A DNA stretch of 64,000 nucleotides from a virus (Duplodnaviria > Caudoviricetes). The position numbers and the translations under genes are program-made. The notes beneath the pieces were generated by a model. That model did not search any database. It saw only the letters and a list, made by a program, of their open reading frames with translations, and was not told where the DNA came from. Shown here one piece after another: positions 45,900 to 54,808 of this stretch. Position 1 is the first letter of the stretch. Every line of letters starts with the position of its first letter. The stretch covers positions 95,515 to 159,514 of the IMG/VR virus record IMGVR_UViG_2974778117_000001. The stretch is one strand, 5' to 3'.

Positions 45900-46250
45900 A
45901 CAGCTAGCCGTCGGCTAATCGTAGTCGCGACGTAAGATGCGCTGTCTTAGTTGCTGTATGTGAAGGTAACACCGGAGTTTACCGCCCGGTGCAATATGAC
46001 CTGCTCTGCCATAAGCAACAGGTGTTACATGTCAGACCTACGATCTGAGCTGGCATGTATGGCGGAAGCCCCGCGAGGGGACAAAGTGAGAGAATAGGGC
46101 GTTGCCGCTTCCTGCGTCCTGCTATGAACAGCACTCTCAAGATCGTGTGTTCACTGTCTGTTGGACTCAGAACATTCTTTTGGCTGTGATGGCCAAAGTA
46201 TGTCCCTACTGTTACCTCAGCACTTAACTTAATGAGAGATTAAGCGTTAA
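45900..46250 (+). ncRNA. candidate structured non-coding RNA of unknown family
   Basis: ORF-free; long-range AGGTAAC/GTTACCT helix enclosing several hairpins; G-U pairs and a GCGA tetraloop on the + strand. Confidence 0.55.
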
Positions 46251-46345
46251 GACTTCAATTGATGAAAAGGGTTGATCTTGTATCATGAGACGTTACAATA
46301 GTGGTAAGGTTAGAAGAGGTCAACCACCACAAAGGAGTAACGATC

Positions 46346-46543
46346 ATGGTCAGCTTGTACAATGTCTTCTTCGGTTCGCTTCCGGTCTCGTTCGAGAATG
46401 TCAGCGGCGTTGTTGATTACGTGCAGAACCTGCTGGGTATGGTCGTCGATTCTGAGACCTTCATCAACATCGCGCGTATGGCGGACGGTGATCAGCTCAC
46501 GGTTCTCAACGGCGCGGAAGCAGTCACCATCACCCTGGAGTAA
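46346..46543 (+). CDS. small hypothetical protein
   Basis: AAGGAG RBS; promoter TTGATC-16 nt-TACAAT at 46272-46299. Confidence 0.65.
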   Translation: MVSLYNVFFGSLPVSFENVSGVVDYVQNLLGMVVDSETFINIARMADGDQLTVLNGAEAVTITLE

Positions 46544-46549
46544 TACAGC

Positions 46550-46876
46550 ATGAAGATCGTCAAGTTCGCAGAGAAGGCTGGCGTCAAGTTCAGCCGTTGT
46601 GATCCCGAATGGGGTGGCACCTGGGCGTACAAGGACAATCCGGAGAAGCTACAAGGAGGATTGATGGGATACAAGTTCTACAGTCATCCCGACTACAATG
46701 CGATGTCACTCCGTGAGCTGATTGAACAGCTCCAGTATGCCATCCACAACGAGTACGCGATCTGGGATTGCTATTGCGGTTCCGAGGCGGAAGCTGAGGG
46801 TGGAGACTTCTATCCGGAGCAGATCGAGATCCTACAGATCCAGATCGCGAACCGTCTGACGGCGCTCGGCGAATGA
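46550..46876 (+). CDS. hypothetical protein (possibly two ORFs; internal AGGAGG RBS before ATG ~46664)
   Basis: ORF track and RBS positions. Confidence 0.5.
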   Translation: MKIVKFAEKAGVKFSRCDPEWGGTWAYKDNPEKLQGGLMGYKFYSHPDYNAMSLRELIEQLQYAIHNEYAIWDCYCGSEAEAEGGDFYPEQIEILQIQIANRLTALGE

Positions 46877-47376
46877 AGCGCTACGCAGGCATCGGTTCAC
46901 GGAAGACGCCGCTGGCGATCCAAGACGTCATGACCGACATTGCCAAGGATCTGAACGGCATTGATTACTGGCTTGTCTCTGGCGCGGCTGAGGGTGCCGA
47001 TCAGGCATTCGAGCGTGGCGCTGGATATAAGAAGGAAATCTGGTTGCCCGAGAAGGGCTGGCACGGTCATCGTTCTGAGCTCATCGTCACCCGCGACGCA
47101 TACGACCTGGCGGAAGACTTCCATCCTGCATGGGATTACCTCGATGCGAACGAGAAGGCATTGATCGCTCGTGACGGTCATCAGGTGCTCGGTGCTGATC
47201 TAGAGACGCCAGTCGACTTCATCATCTGCTGGACCCCTGACGGTAAGATGAAGGGTGGCACGGCGCAGGCATTGAGGCTTGCAAAAGCGTACAAGATTCC
47301 GTACTATAACATGGGTGACCGTGGTGCGAGCTACGACACTCTCCTGAAGTTCCTTGAAACCTACGTGAGGGCATAA
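46873..47376 (+). CDS. SLOG/DprA-like nucleotide-binding protein
   Basis: YAGIGSR, SGAAEGAD, ICWT, GGTAQA. Confidence 0.8.
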   Translation: MKRYAGIGSRKTPLAIQDVMTDIAKDLNGIDYWLVSGAAEGADQAFERGAGYKKEIWLPEKGWHGHRSELIVTRDAYDLAEDFHPAWDYLDANEKALIARDGHQVLGADLETPVDFIICWTPDGKMKGGTAQALRLAKAYKIPYYNMGDRGASYDTLLKFLETYVRA

Positions 47377-47378
47377 CA

Positions 47379-47672
47379 ATGAAGAACCGCTTTGCAATCG
47401 TCGCGCTGCTGACCCTGGCTCTGACAGGCTGCTATGACAGCCAGCAGATCAGCCGTGATTCGACCCAAGAGCCTGCCGCAAAGTCGCAGGCTGAGGAAGT
47501 CCTGGAAGCCAACGGATACACGGAAATCGAGCTGACGGGTTACGCCATGTTCAGCTGCAGCGATGACGACACCTTCAAGACCGGGTTCCGTGCGAAGTCG
47601 CCGGCAGGTCAGCAGGTCAAGGGTGCCGTGTGTAGCGGCTGGTTCAAGGGCGCAACGATCCGGTTGAACTGA
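47379..47672 (+). CDS. lipoprotein
   Basis: signal peptide, lipobox LTG-C. Confidence 0.8.
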   Translation: MKNRFAIVALLTLALTGCYDSQQISRDSTQEPAAKSQAEEVLEANGYTEIELTGYAMFSCSDDDTFKTGFRAKSPAGQQVKGAVCSGWFKGATIRLN

Positions 47673-48311
47673 CATGGAAATCTACATCGTTGAGCTCGGC
47701 TTGGACAGCGGTGTCCTCCGAGTCGAGATTGAAGCTCCCGAGGACGCCGACGAGGATACTCTCCACGAACTGGCGATCACCGAAGCCCACAAAGAGCTGG
47801 GCTACTGCAAACTGAGGAGTATCGAATGACCGACAACGTTGCACTGGTGCTGGAGTGCTTTCGTGAGACCCGCGTCTCCTGGACAGCAATCTCCCCATCC
47901 AGAATCTGCACGCGCATCTGATCTCCTGCGGTTACACGCAGGATGTGATCAACAAGATGCTCGACACCTACGAACGTTTCATCTGAGGAGAACAACATGG
48001 CGAACCTGACCCGCAAGCAACAGATCGAGAAGAACAAGAAGGTTCTGGCAGCCATCCAGCTGCAGCTGGAACGTGGCATTCCGGTGGACGGTCTGTCCGC
48101 TGCACTGCGTGGAACCTACACCGCCGAAGAAGTGCAGACCGCGCTGATCTGGCTGAAGAGTCAGCAGGCGTGATCCGAAAGTACAAGGCGATGCGAGCTT
48201 CAAGTTCGGCGTCGTCACATCCTTGATCATCGCGGGACTGTCATGGGTCATCCAAGACCCGGATCACATCGTCACGCTATGGTTCGAGATCGACCTGAAG
48301 GAGGAAGGACT

Positions 48312-48608
48312 GTGAGCAAGCCGATGACACTGATGGAGCACTACAATGCTCTGAACACCGACGTGCCGATCACCAACGCATACGTGATCGAGAAGGATGA
48401 CGGTCAGGGTGAAGCGGTGTTCATCTTCCCGCACTTCCTGACTGATCAGCGAGTCTATGTTGCTCTGGCATGCAGTGCCTTGCGCAACTGGTTCGAAGGT
48501 TACACCCTGGAGCCGAAGCATATCCTGTTCCGCAATGGTCGCGTGAACCCGGTCGATCAGACCGTCACGGTGACGGTCTTCTACGAACCGTCGAATGATT
48601 CCAACTAA
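48312..48608 (+). CDS. hypothetical protein
   Basis: GGAGG upstream; GTG start. Confidence 0.55.
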   Translation: MSKPMTLMEHYNALNTDVPITNAYVIEKDDGQGEAVFIFPHFLTDQRVYVALACSALRNWFEGYTLEPKHILFRNGRVNPVDQTVTVTVFYEPSNDSN

Positions 48609-48612
48609 GGCC

Positions 48613-48641
48613 TTGTAAGCCTGTCGGAAAGCGTTTATAAT
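48613..48641 (+). promoter_or_regulatory. sigma70-type promoter
   Basis: TTGTAA-17 nt-TATAAT. Confidence 0.75.
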
Positions 48642-48668
48642 CAGGGTTCATAGAGCGAGGAGTTCGTT

Positions 48669-49616
48669 ATGATTTTGATCATGGGTTCACAGGCACTACG
48701 CGCAGCGGGTATCGTCATTGATCGCCCGCGACTGGACATCGACTTCATCGGCGACCTTGAGTCAGCCGCAAAGATGATCAAGTCGTTCCAGTACACACGC
48801 GTGGAGCATTCGGAGGATGCGAAGCACATCTACGCTTTCCCGCCAGAGGGCAAGCGCGGTCCGATCCTGGACGCTGAGCTGGCATGGGAAGGCACCACAG
48901 CGGCAAGCCTGATCGAACTGGTCAAGGAGAATCCGGGTGCGCTGACCGTGGAGAAAGAGAACAGCGAGATCATGCACCTCCGTCCGGAAGTGATCCTGAC
49001 TCTCAAGATCAGCCACAAGTACAAGAAGAACAGTCGACACTTCCTGAAGACGATGCGTGACATTCAGTATCTGAAGTCCCTCGGGTACAAGGTGCCGAAG
49101 CTGCTCAGTGACTGGCTGAAGGATCGCAAGCGCGAGACGTACAACTACAAGCATCCGAAGCTGGAAGGCGGTGTTACCAAGACCGACTTCTTCAAGGATG
49201 ACGGCATCCGCTACGTGTATGATCACGACTCGATCCACGAGCACGTGAAGAAGCTGCACCAGCCGGCTTACCGCTTCTTCCAGCCGGAAGGCGAACAGGT
49301 CGGCACCAGCAAGGAAGAGTTCTTCGCGCAACCGCGTGAGGTGCAACTCCTGGCGGTTCTGGAAGAGTCCTACGTGCTCAGCCTGGAACGTTCCATCGTG
49401 CCGTTCGACCTGTTCGATGATGAAGAGAAGTGTCGTCAGGCATTCCTCATGGCGCTGAGCAAGGTCTGCACCAGCATCACGAGCGGGTGGTTTCGGAAGT
49501 TCGCCTGGGACAACTACGATGCGGTCCTGGAACTGTATGACATCGAGTACGTGTATCGCTTCCAGGCGGCAACGCTGGCGGGAGTGGTCGCTCCTTACAT
49601 CAAGCCGAGCTACTGA
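48669..49616 (+). CDS. conserved phage protein with N-terminal nucleotidyltransferase-like motif
   Basis: IMGSQAL...DIDF; KISH, YDHDSIHE, SITSGWF. Confidence 0.7.
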   Translation: MILIMGSQALRAAGIVIDRPRLDIDFIGDLESAAKMIKSFQYTRVEHSEDAKHIYAFPPEGKRGPILDAELAWEGTTAASLIELVKENPGALTVEKENSEIMHLRPEVILTLKISHKYKKNSRHFLKTMRDIQYLKSLGYKVPKLLSDWLKDRKRETYNYKHPKLEGGVTKTDFFKDDGIRYVYDHDSIHEHVKKLHQPAYRFFQPEGEQVGTSKEEFFAQPREVQLLAVLEESYVLSLERSIVPFDLFDDEEKCRQAFLMALSKVCTSITSGWFRKFAWDNYDAVLELYDIEYVYRFQAATLAGVVAPYIKPSY

Positions 49617-49617
49617 C

Positions 49618-49863
49618 ATGAGCAAGTACGCGACGATCAGAGACCTGAAAGAGTTCCTGGACCAGTTCCCGGACGAGACCGAAGTGGAGCTGATCCACTA
49701 CACTGACTATCCCCACGGTGGGTACGGACGAGAGTTCACCCTCCAGAAGGATCAGTTGTGCCCCGTTGACCCGGAGTACATCGAGAGGAATGGCTACTTC
49801 AAAGGTGGCGCATTCGAGTATTACCCGCATAGCAATTCCATTACCCTCGGCATCAGAGACTGA
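49618..49863 (+). CDS. hypothetical protein
   Basis: TIRDLKEFLDQFP.ETEV N-terminus common in small phage proteins. Confidence 0.6.
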   Translation: MSKYATIRDLKEFLDQFPDETEVELIHYTDYPHGGYGREFTLQKDQLCPVDPEYIERNGYFKGGAFEYYPHSNSITLGIRD

Positions 49864-49874
49864 AGGAGAACATC

Positions 49875-50118
49875 ATGAGCGAGAAAGACGTTCCAAGTCG
49901 GGTTCCAACGATCCCGTCATCAAGGCGAAGCTGGACCAGATCAACCGCCTGTACGGTGAGCTGGAAGAGTACGCCACCGAGAAGAACCTGCGATTCCATT
50001 ACTCCGGTCCGGCAGGCTACGGTGACGGCGGTTCGTTCGATCCGTACTACGTCGTGTATACGACGAGTACACCGGCGAAGAGTCGGATGGTTGGCAAGCC
50101 TCCAGCCAGAGCTGCTGA
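49875..50118 (+). CDS. small protein ending W-x-x-S-S-x-x-C (frameshifted)
   Basis: AAGGAG RBS; ...GPAGYGDGG...WQASSQSC*. Confidence 0.55.
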
Positions 50119-50120
50119 TC

Positions 50121-50411
50121 ATGACGATCTACGCTACCAAGGAGCTTCTTGCTGCGAACAGTGAAGCTGCAGAGATCATCGAGAGTAAGCTGAAGCAGAT
50201 CGGCAAGCTCTACGAAGAAATCGAGTATACCGCTTCGCTGGCTGGTTTCCAGGTAGGTTACAAGGGACCTGCAGGGAAGGGTGATAGTGGCACGTTCTAC
50301 CCCGCTGGAACATACGACTGGAATGATCGCTACTACTACGGCGGGGTGAAGCGCGCCCCAGACCTGAACACTGATCCGCTGTGGATGCCAAGTTCACAGG
50401 AAGGCTGCTAA
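50121..50411 (+). CDS. paralog of the previous small protein
   Basis: KLKQI..LY.E.E, GPAGKGDSG, WMPSSQEGC*. Confidence 0.65.
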   Translation: MTIYATKELLAANSEAAEIIESKLKQIGKLYEEIEYTASLAGFQVGYKGPAGKGDSGTFYPAGTYDWNDRYYYGGVKRAPDLNTDPLWMPSSQEGC

Positions 50412-50877
50412 GGAGAAAGAAGATGAGCACTGCAAACACCAAGGTCTATGAAGAGCTGAAGTCTACCTACGGCGAATGCCTGAAGAAGCTGGAGCAGATC
50501 TGCAAGGACAACGATCTGGATTTCCTGGTTCAGATCCAGTTGAGCCAAAGGACGAGTCCAACCCGAATCGCTGGGTGCGTTATGGCGACGAGGACTCCAG
50601 TAACTGGGAGCGTAGCTGGTGCTGAACCAGGTCACTTGCACCGTTGGCGGAATCCTGATCGGGGTCGGTGTGACCCTGGTCGGGATTGGTCAGTTCGAGC
50701 AACCCTTGTTCCCGACTCAGAACCCCGCAGTCTATCAGAAGATGGTAGAGCTGTGCGGGGAGTCGGAGTTCAAGGAGATAACTCTTTCGGAAACCCTTGA
50801 AAGCAAGTACCTCATTGAGGTAAAATGTATGAATGGGATCACGGCATCCGCTGAGATCAATCGCTGAGGAATTCATC

Positions 50878-51129
50878 ATGAGCAAGCTGAACAAGCTGAT
50901 CGTAGTGGCGCTGGCAGCAATGTCGTTGTCCGCCTGCAGTCAGGAACGCCTGCCGTATGCCCTAACATCGGTACAGGCGACACTGGAAGATCGCTGCGCG
51001 AACTATGGCGGCGTGAGTTCCGCTTACATCACATCCACTGAGCCCAACTCGGAAGTCGACTACACCATCAAGTACTTCTGCCAGAAAGACCACTGGGGCA
51101 CAATCCACCTGAAGGAGGCAAAGCGATGA
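50878..51129 (+). CDS. lipoprotein
   Basis: lipobox LSA-C; GAGG RBS. Confidence 0.7.
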   Translation: MSKLNKLIVVALAAMSLSACSQERLPYALTSVQATLEDRCANYGGVSSAYITSTEPNSEVDYTIKYFCQKDHWGTIHLKEAKR

Positions 51130-51740
51130 ATGAGGTCAAAGACTTCGCGCAGAAAGCCGGGTACATCCAGACCGTGACCGGTCGCAAGGTTTACATCCCG
51201 AACACCGATCCGGATAGCATCCATCACTCTGACTTCGCCTGGGCACTGAGCTGCGCTCCACGCTTCGCTGGTCATTTGACCAAGCCGCTCAGTGTCGCTG
51301 AGCACTCGATCAACGTGTCCAACTATGCCGGCTTCCTGGCAGAATCGTCTGGTCGCTCTGATGAAGAGATCGCGTTGATCAAGATGCAAGGCCTCCTGCA
51401 CGACGCAACCGAAGCGTATCTGTGTGACATCCCGACCCCGTTCAAGGTCATGATCCCCGGCTATGCCGAGATGGAACATGCGTTGTGGGAAGTGATCGCC
51501 AACAAGTATGGCGTTCCGGTCGAGATGTACACGGAGGTCAAGATCGCCGACAAGGTGATGCTGATGTCCGAGCGCGATCAGTACCGCGACGTGACTGACG
51601 ACTGGGGCGACCTGGAACTGATCGAGCGCGTGCCGCTGAAGCCGTATCCTCTCCTCCAGACCGTGGCACATCAGTTGTTCCTGATTCGCTTCCTGGACCT
51701 GAGGGACGAGGTAAATATCTACAACAACAGTAAGGTGTAA
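51126..51740 (+). CDS. HD-domain nucleotidase (YfbR/YfdR-like)
   Basis: RFAGH, SVAEHS, LLHDATEAY..DI..P.K, KIAD. Confidence 0.88.
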   Translation: MNEVKDFAQKAGYIQTVTGRKVYIPNTDPDSIHHSDFAWALSCAPRFAGHLTKPLSVAEHSINVSNYAGFLAESSGRSDEEIALIKMQGLLHDATEAYLCDIPTPFKVMIPGYAEMEHALWEVIANKYGVPVEMYTEVKIADKVMLMSERDQYRDVTDDWGDLELIERVPLKPYPLLQTVAHQLFLIRFLDLRDEVNIYNNSKV

Positions 51741-51744
51741 GACG

Positions 51745-52071
51745 ATGACGCATTTGGATTGGCTCAAGAAGCAAGAGTATGTTCTGGTTGTGCCGCAGGA
51801 AGGTGATGTTGCTGATCCGGACACCATCGTGTGGACGCGTGAGTCGAAGTACGGTGCACCCAAGTGCCTGGACAATGGCAAGATCCACGTGCAGGTGTCG
51901 CAGTTCAATGGCGAGGATGCTCCGACGTTCACCATGTCGGTCCATGGTCGCACCAAGAACCAGTTCAGCACCAGCATTGCCGCATACGATATCTCGGAAG
52001 ACACTCTGACCAAGCGTGGGCAGGCAATCGAACATCGTCTGGTGGCGGCATGGATGGAACTGGCGTCCTGA
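51745..52071 (+). CDS. hypothetical protein
   Basis: ORF preceded by TAAATA at 51712. Confidence 0.55.
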   Translation: MTHLDWLKKQEYVLVVPQEGDVADPDTIVWTRESKYGAPKCLDNGKIHVQVSQFNGEDAPTFTMSVHGRTKNQFSTSIAAYDISEDTLTKRGQAIEHRLVAAWMELAS

Positions 52072-52439
52072 TCGCTGAACAGATCGTGCAAATCCTCCTG
52101 GAAAAACGGGAGGAGTTGCTGATGGCACCCCAGCACAAGCATTGCGTTTCCTGCGGCGGCTCAACGATCACCATGGTCTATAAGAGCCCCGCAGCGTACC
52201 ATATAGCGAGGCTCCTTGATGAATACCAGAAACAAGATCATCCGTCCCAGTGACGAGTACTTCGCTGCTCGACTTGAATCATTGTATGATGAGGGTGAAC
52301 CTCCGTATGCGATGAACGCTGAGTTCGATCAGTATGAGGTCTCGTTTGAGGAACGTCGCCGCTTCATGATGGCTTCTCCTTACTACCAGTCTCCTGAGAT
52401 CAGGGGTGCGGTGGAACTCTTTGGACATAGGATCGGAAC

Positions 52440-52645
52440 ATGACCTACGGAATCGGCAACGTCATCAAGGATACCTGACCGGGAACCTCAAGATCGCTGA
52501 GGGTGACAACTCAGCGAATCGCTGGAACATCTGTCAGCAGTGTGAGTTCTTCCGACCGGCGACCTTGACCTGTGGTCAGTGTGGTTGCTTCATGCCAGCG
52601 AAGACCAAGCTCCAGAACTCAAGCTGTCCGGTGGGTAAGTGGTAA
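52440..52645 (+). CDS. small Cys-rich metal-binding protein (frameshift ~52470)
   Basis: RWNICQQC..CGQCGCFM.AK....CPVGKW. Confidence 0.65.
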
Positions 52646-53244
52646 TCAAAGCCTTGATCCTCATCTCAGCCGCCTTGATCTGGATTGAGCACCGATGGAA
52701 GAAGCAGGAAGAAGAACGGATTGTCGACAATCTCGAAACGTTGTATGAGATGGCGCCTCGAGATATTTTTGAGATTCTGCGAAATAGGCCTTGTATTCCT
52801 CAAACAGTGACGTTATCATATAGTCATAGTCGAAGAGGATCTGGTTATGAAGAAGTTCAACGTGGTGATCTCCTGGGGTAAGAACGAGAAGGACAGCGTG
52901 TCCTACGACTTCGATGCCGAGAACGGCGGTGACGCGATGTACCGGGCAGTCGAAGACGCCCGCTTCATTTCCAAGAAGGCCAAGGTCGTGGAACTCAAGG
53001 AGGTGTTGTGATGGGACGTTGAATCTCTACAAGAACGGTCGCCTGGCGGCTTCCATGATCGCATCCAAAATGGGTGGCTCGGTCTCGGTCATGTTGCATC
53101 AGGCCACCAAGCCGATCACGGGTAAGTTTGATGGCGTGGAATACCCCTGCCTGAAGGTCATCAAGGGATTCGAGTTTGGTGATCAGAACCTGACCATCAT
53201 CGCCGAAGAAGGCGACATCTTCCACCTGACCTGAGGGTTACATC

Positions 53245-53478
53245 ATGGTTCGTGTCTCACTGCTGAGCTACTTCGGGACTCCGATCTGGAGCGAACTGGT
53301 TGCAGGAATCACCCTGGAACAGTTGTGTGAGCTGTCGAAGGTGTTGACCCAACACAGCCCCGGACGCAGCTGGTATTACGATGCCGAGAACACCGGATTC
53401 GTTCAGGTGAAGCTGGGTGATGTGACCATCGAAGTGGTTCCGGGCGAGACAGTCCGCATCGAGTGTTGCGGTGAGTAA
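53245..53478 (+). CDS. hypothetical protein
   Basis: GAGG RBS; ORF. Confidence 0.5.
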   Translation: MVRVSLLSYFGTPIWSELVAGITLEQLCELSKVLTQHSPGRSWYYDAENTGFVQVKLGDVTIEVVPGETVRIECCGE

Positions 53479-53491
53479 ATAGATACACATT

Positions 53492-53568
53492 CGGGGTATA
53501 GCGCAGTCTGGTAGCGCGCCTGCTTTGGGAGCAGGATGTCGGGGGTTCGAGTCCCTCTACCCCGACCA
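53492..53568 (+). tRNA. tRNA-Pro(UGG)
   Basis: cloverleaf; anticodon loop TTTGGGA; GTTCGAGTC; encoded CCA. Confidence 0.95.
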
Positions 53569-53656
53569 ATTTACCTTGTAAGCGCCCAAGGGTGCAGAGA
53601 GTTTCGCCGGTATCTCGCTGCAACGACGTTTACAAGGGTTGGACCGGCAAAGACAT

Positions 53657-53739
53657 GGGCGTGTGGTGGAATTGGCAGACACACTGGATTTAGGTTCCAG
53701 CGCTTCGGCGTGAGGGTTCGAGTCCCTCCTAGCCCACCA
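53657..53739 (+). tRNA. tRNA-Leu(UAG)
   Basis: anticodon loop TTTAGGT; variable arm CGC-TTCG-GCG; CCA; two acceptor-stem mismatches. Confidence 0.88.
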
Positions 53740-53740
53740 A

Positions 53741-54048
53741 GTTATGGTTGTATGAAGCCAATCGAAAGGCTGTGTGGACGCGGGTTCGATTCCCGCCATC
53801 TCCACCAAGAGCACTCTTAGCTACGGTAGATCCTTGATCCGAATGTAGAAAGAGTGCTGTTGATGGGGATGCCAAGGTTTCGACATGCAGATGAATAGAA
53901 ATGAGCAGACAACCGGACAGGCGACTGACCTAATCAGCGCAAAAGCACTAAATGTCGCTGCAAACGACGACTCCTACACGGTCCGCATCGCGGCTTAAGT
54001 AGAGTACAGGACGCCAGCTCTCCTGTTTACCAAAACTGGCGCGAATTC
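53741..54048 (+). ncRNA. ssrA: circularly permuted (two-piece) tmRNA
   Basis: acceptor piece ends T-arm + CATCTCCACCA (53807); coding piece starts GGGGATG...TTCGAC (53865); G3-U70 pair; tag ANDDSYTVRIAA* (53960-53998). Confidence 0.9.
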
Positions 54049-54067
54049 AAACCTTAAATATGTCTGA

Positions 54068-54143
54068 GCCGGTTTAGCTCAGCTGGTAGAGCAACTGCCT
54101 TGTAAGCAGTAGGTCGTCGGTTCGATCCCGACAGCCGGCACCA
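54068..54143 (+). tRNA. tRNA-Thr(UGU)
   Basis: cloverleaf; anticodon loop CTTGTAA; CCA. Confidence 0.95.
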
Positions 54144-54168
54144 ATCCAACAGACATAGGAGAAACACA

Positions 54169-54507
54169 GTGAACAGTATCTTTGGCGAGTTCGCCGCACC
54201 CCGTGACAACAAGATGCCTCGCCAGGGAAATGATCCACTGGTGGCTCTTGTCGAGTCTGCATCAGCCAAGAAGCTAATTCCGGATACCTGGTACGTCTCT
54301 TTCCACGAGTATGGAAAGGAAATCTACAAGATCGGCATCCAGGAGAGCAAGACCATCACCAACCGTACACAAGCAATTGATGCGGCATACAAGGCTGCCG
54401 AGATGCGCGGTCTTGGTGGAACAGTTCAGGGCAAGAGCGTGAAGTTCAAGGTGGAGCATCGCAGATACGATCCTTCCACCAAGAAGTCGGTTGTAATCCC
54501 AGACTAA
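54169..54507 (+). CDS. small basic protein, possible internal head protein
   Basis: AGGAG RBS; downstream of TAAATA 54055; LVE-S motif. Confidence 0.55.
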   Translation: MNSIFGEFAAPRDNKMPRQGNDPLVALVESASAKKLIPDTWYVSFHEYGKEIYKIGIQESKTITNRTQAIDAAYKAAEMRGLGGTVQGKSVKFKVEHRRYDPSTKKSVVIPD

Positions 54508-54808
54508 GGAGAAGAGATGAGCGAGAACGATTTTGGTTTGATGACCAATGGTTTCGGAGCGGGAGAGTGCTATGGCGGCTTCTGATACGACCGGCTTCAC
54601 CGCAGTAGGTGAAGGATGCTCGCAGGCAACCGCTGACCTGATTACCTCAGAGGTCATTGAGGGGCTGTAACCCTCCTTCAAGACCATGGTGATACCGCAA
54701 GGTGCTAGCCATGGCGTGATAAAGAAAGGCAACCCTAATTCCCTTTGCGGGCGGACGGGTTGCCTTTATCATCTATAGTACGACAAGTGAAAGGAGCTAA
54801 TACGTTGA

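Noticed and set aside
51126-51740. HD hydrolase as DatZ of a Z-genome system
   Set aside because: No purZ or mazZ in the window; motifs fit a generic HD nucleotidase
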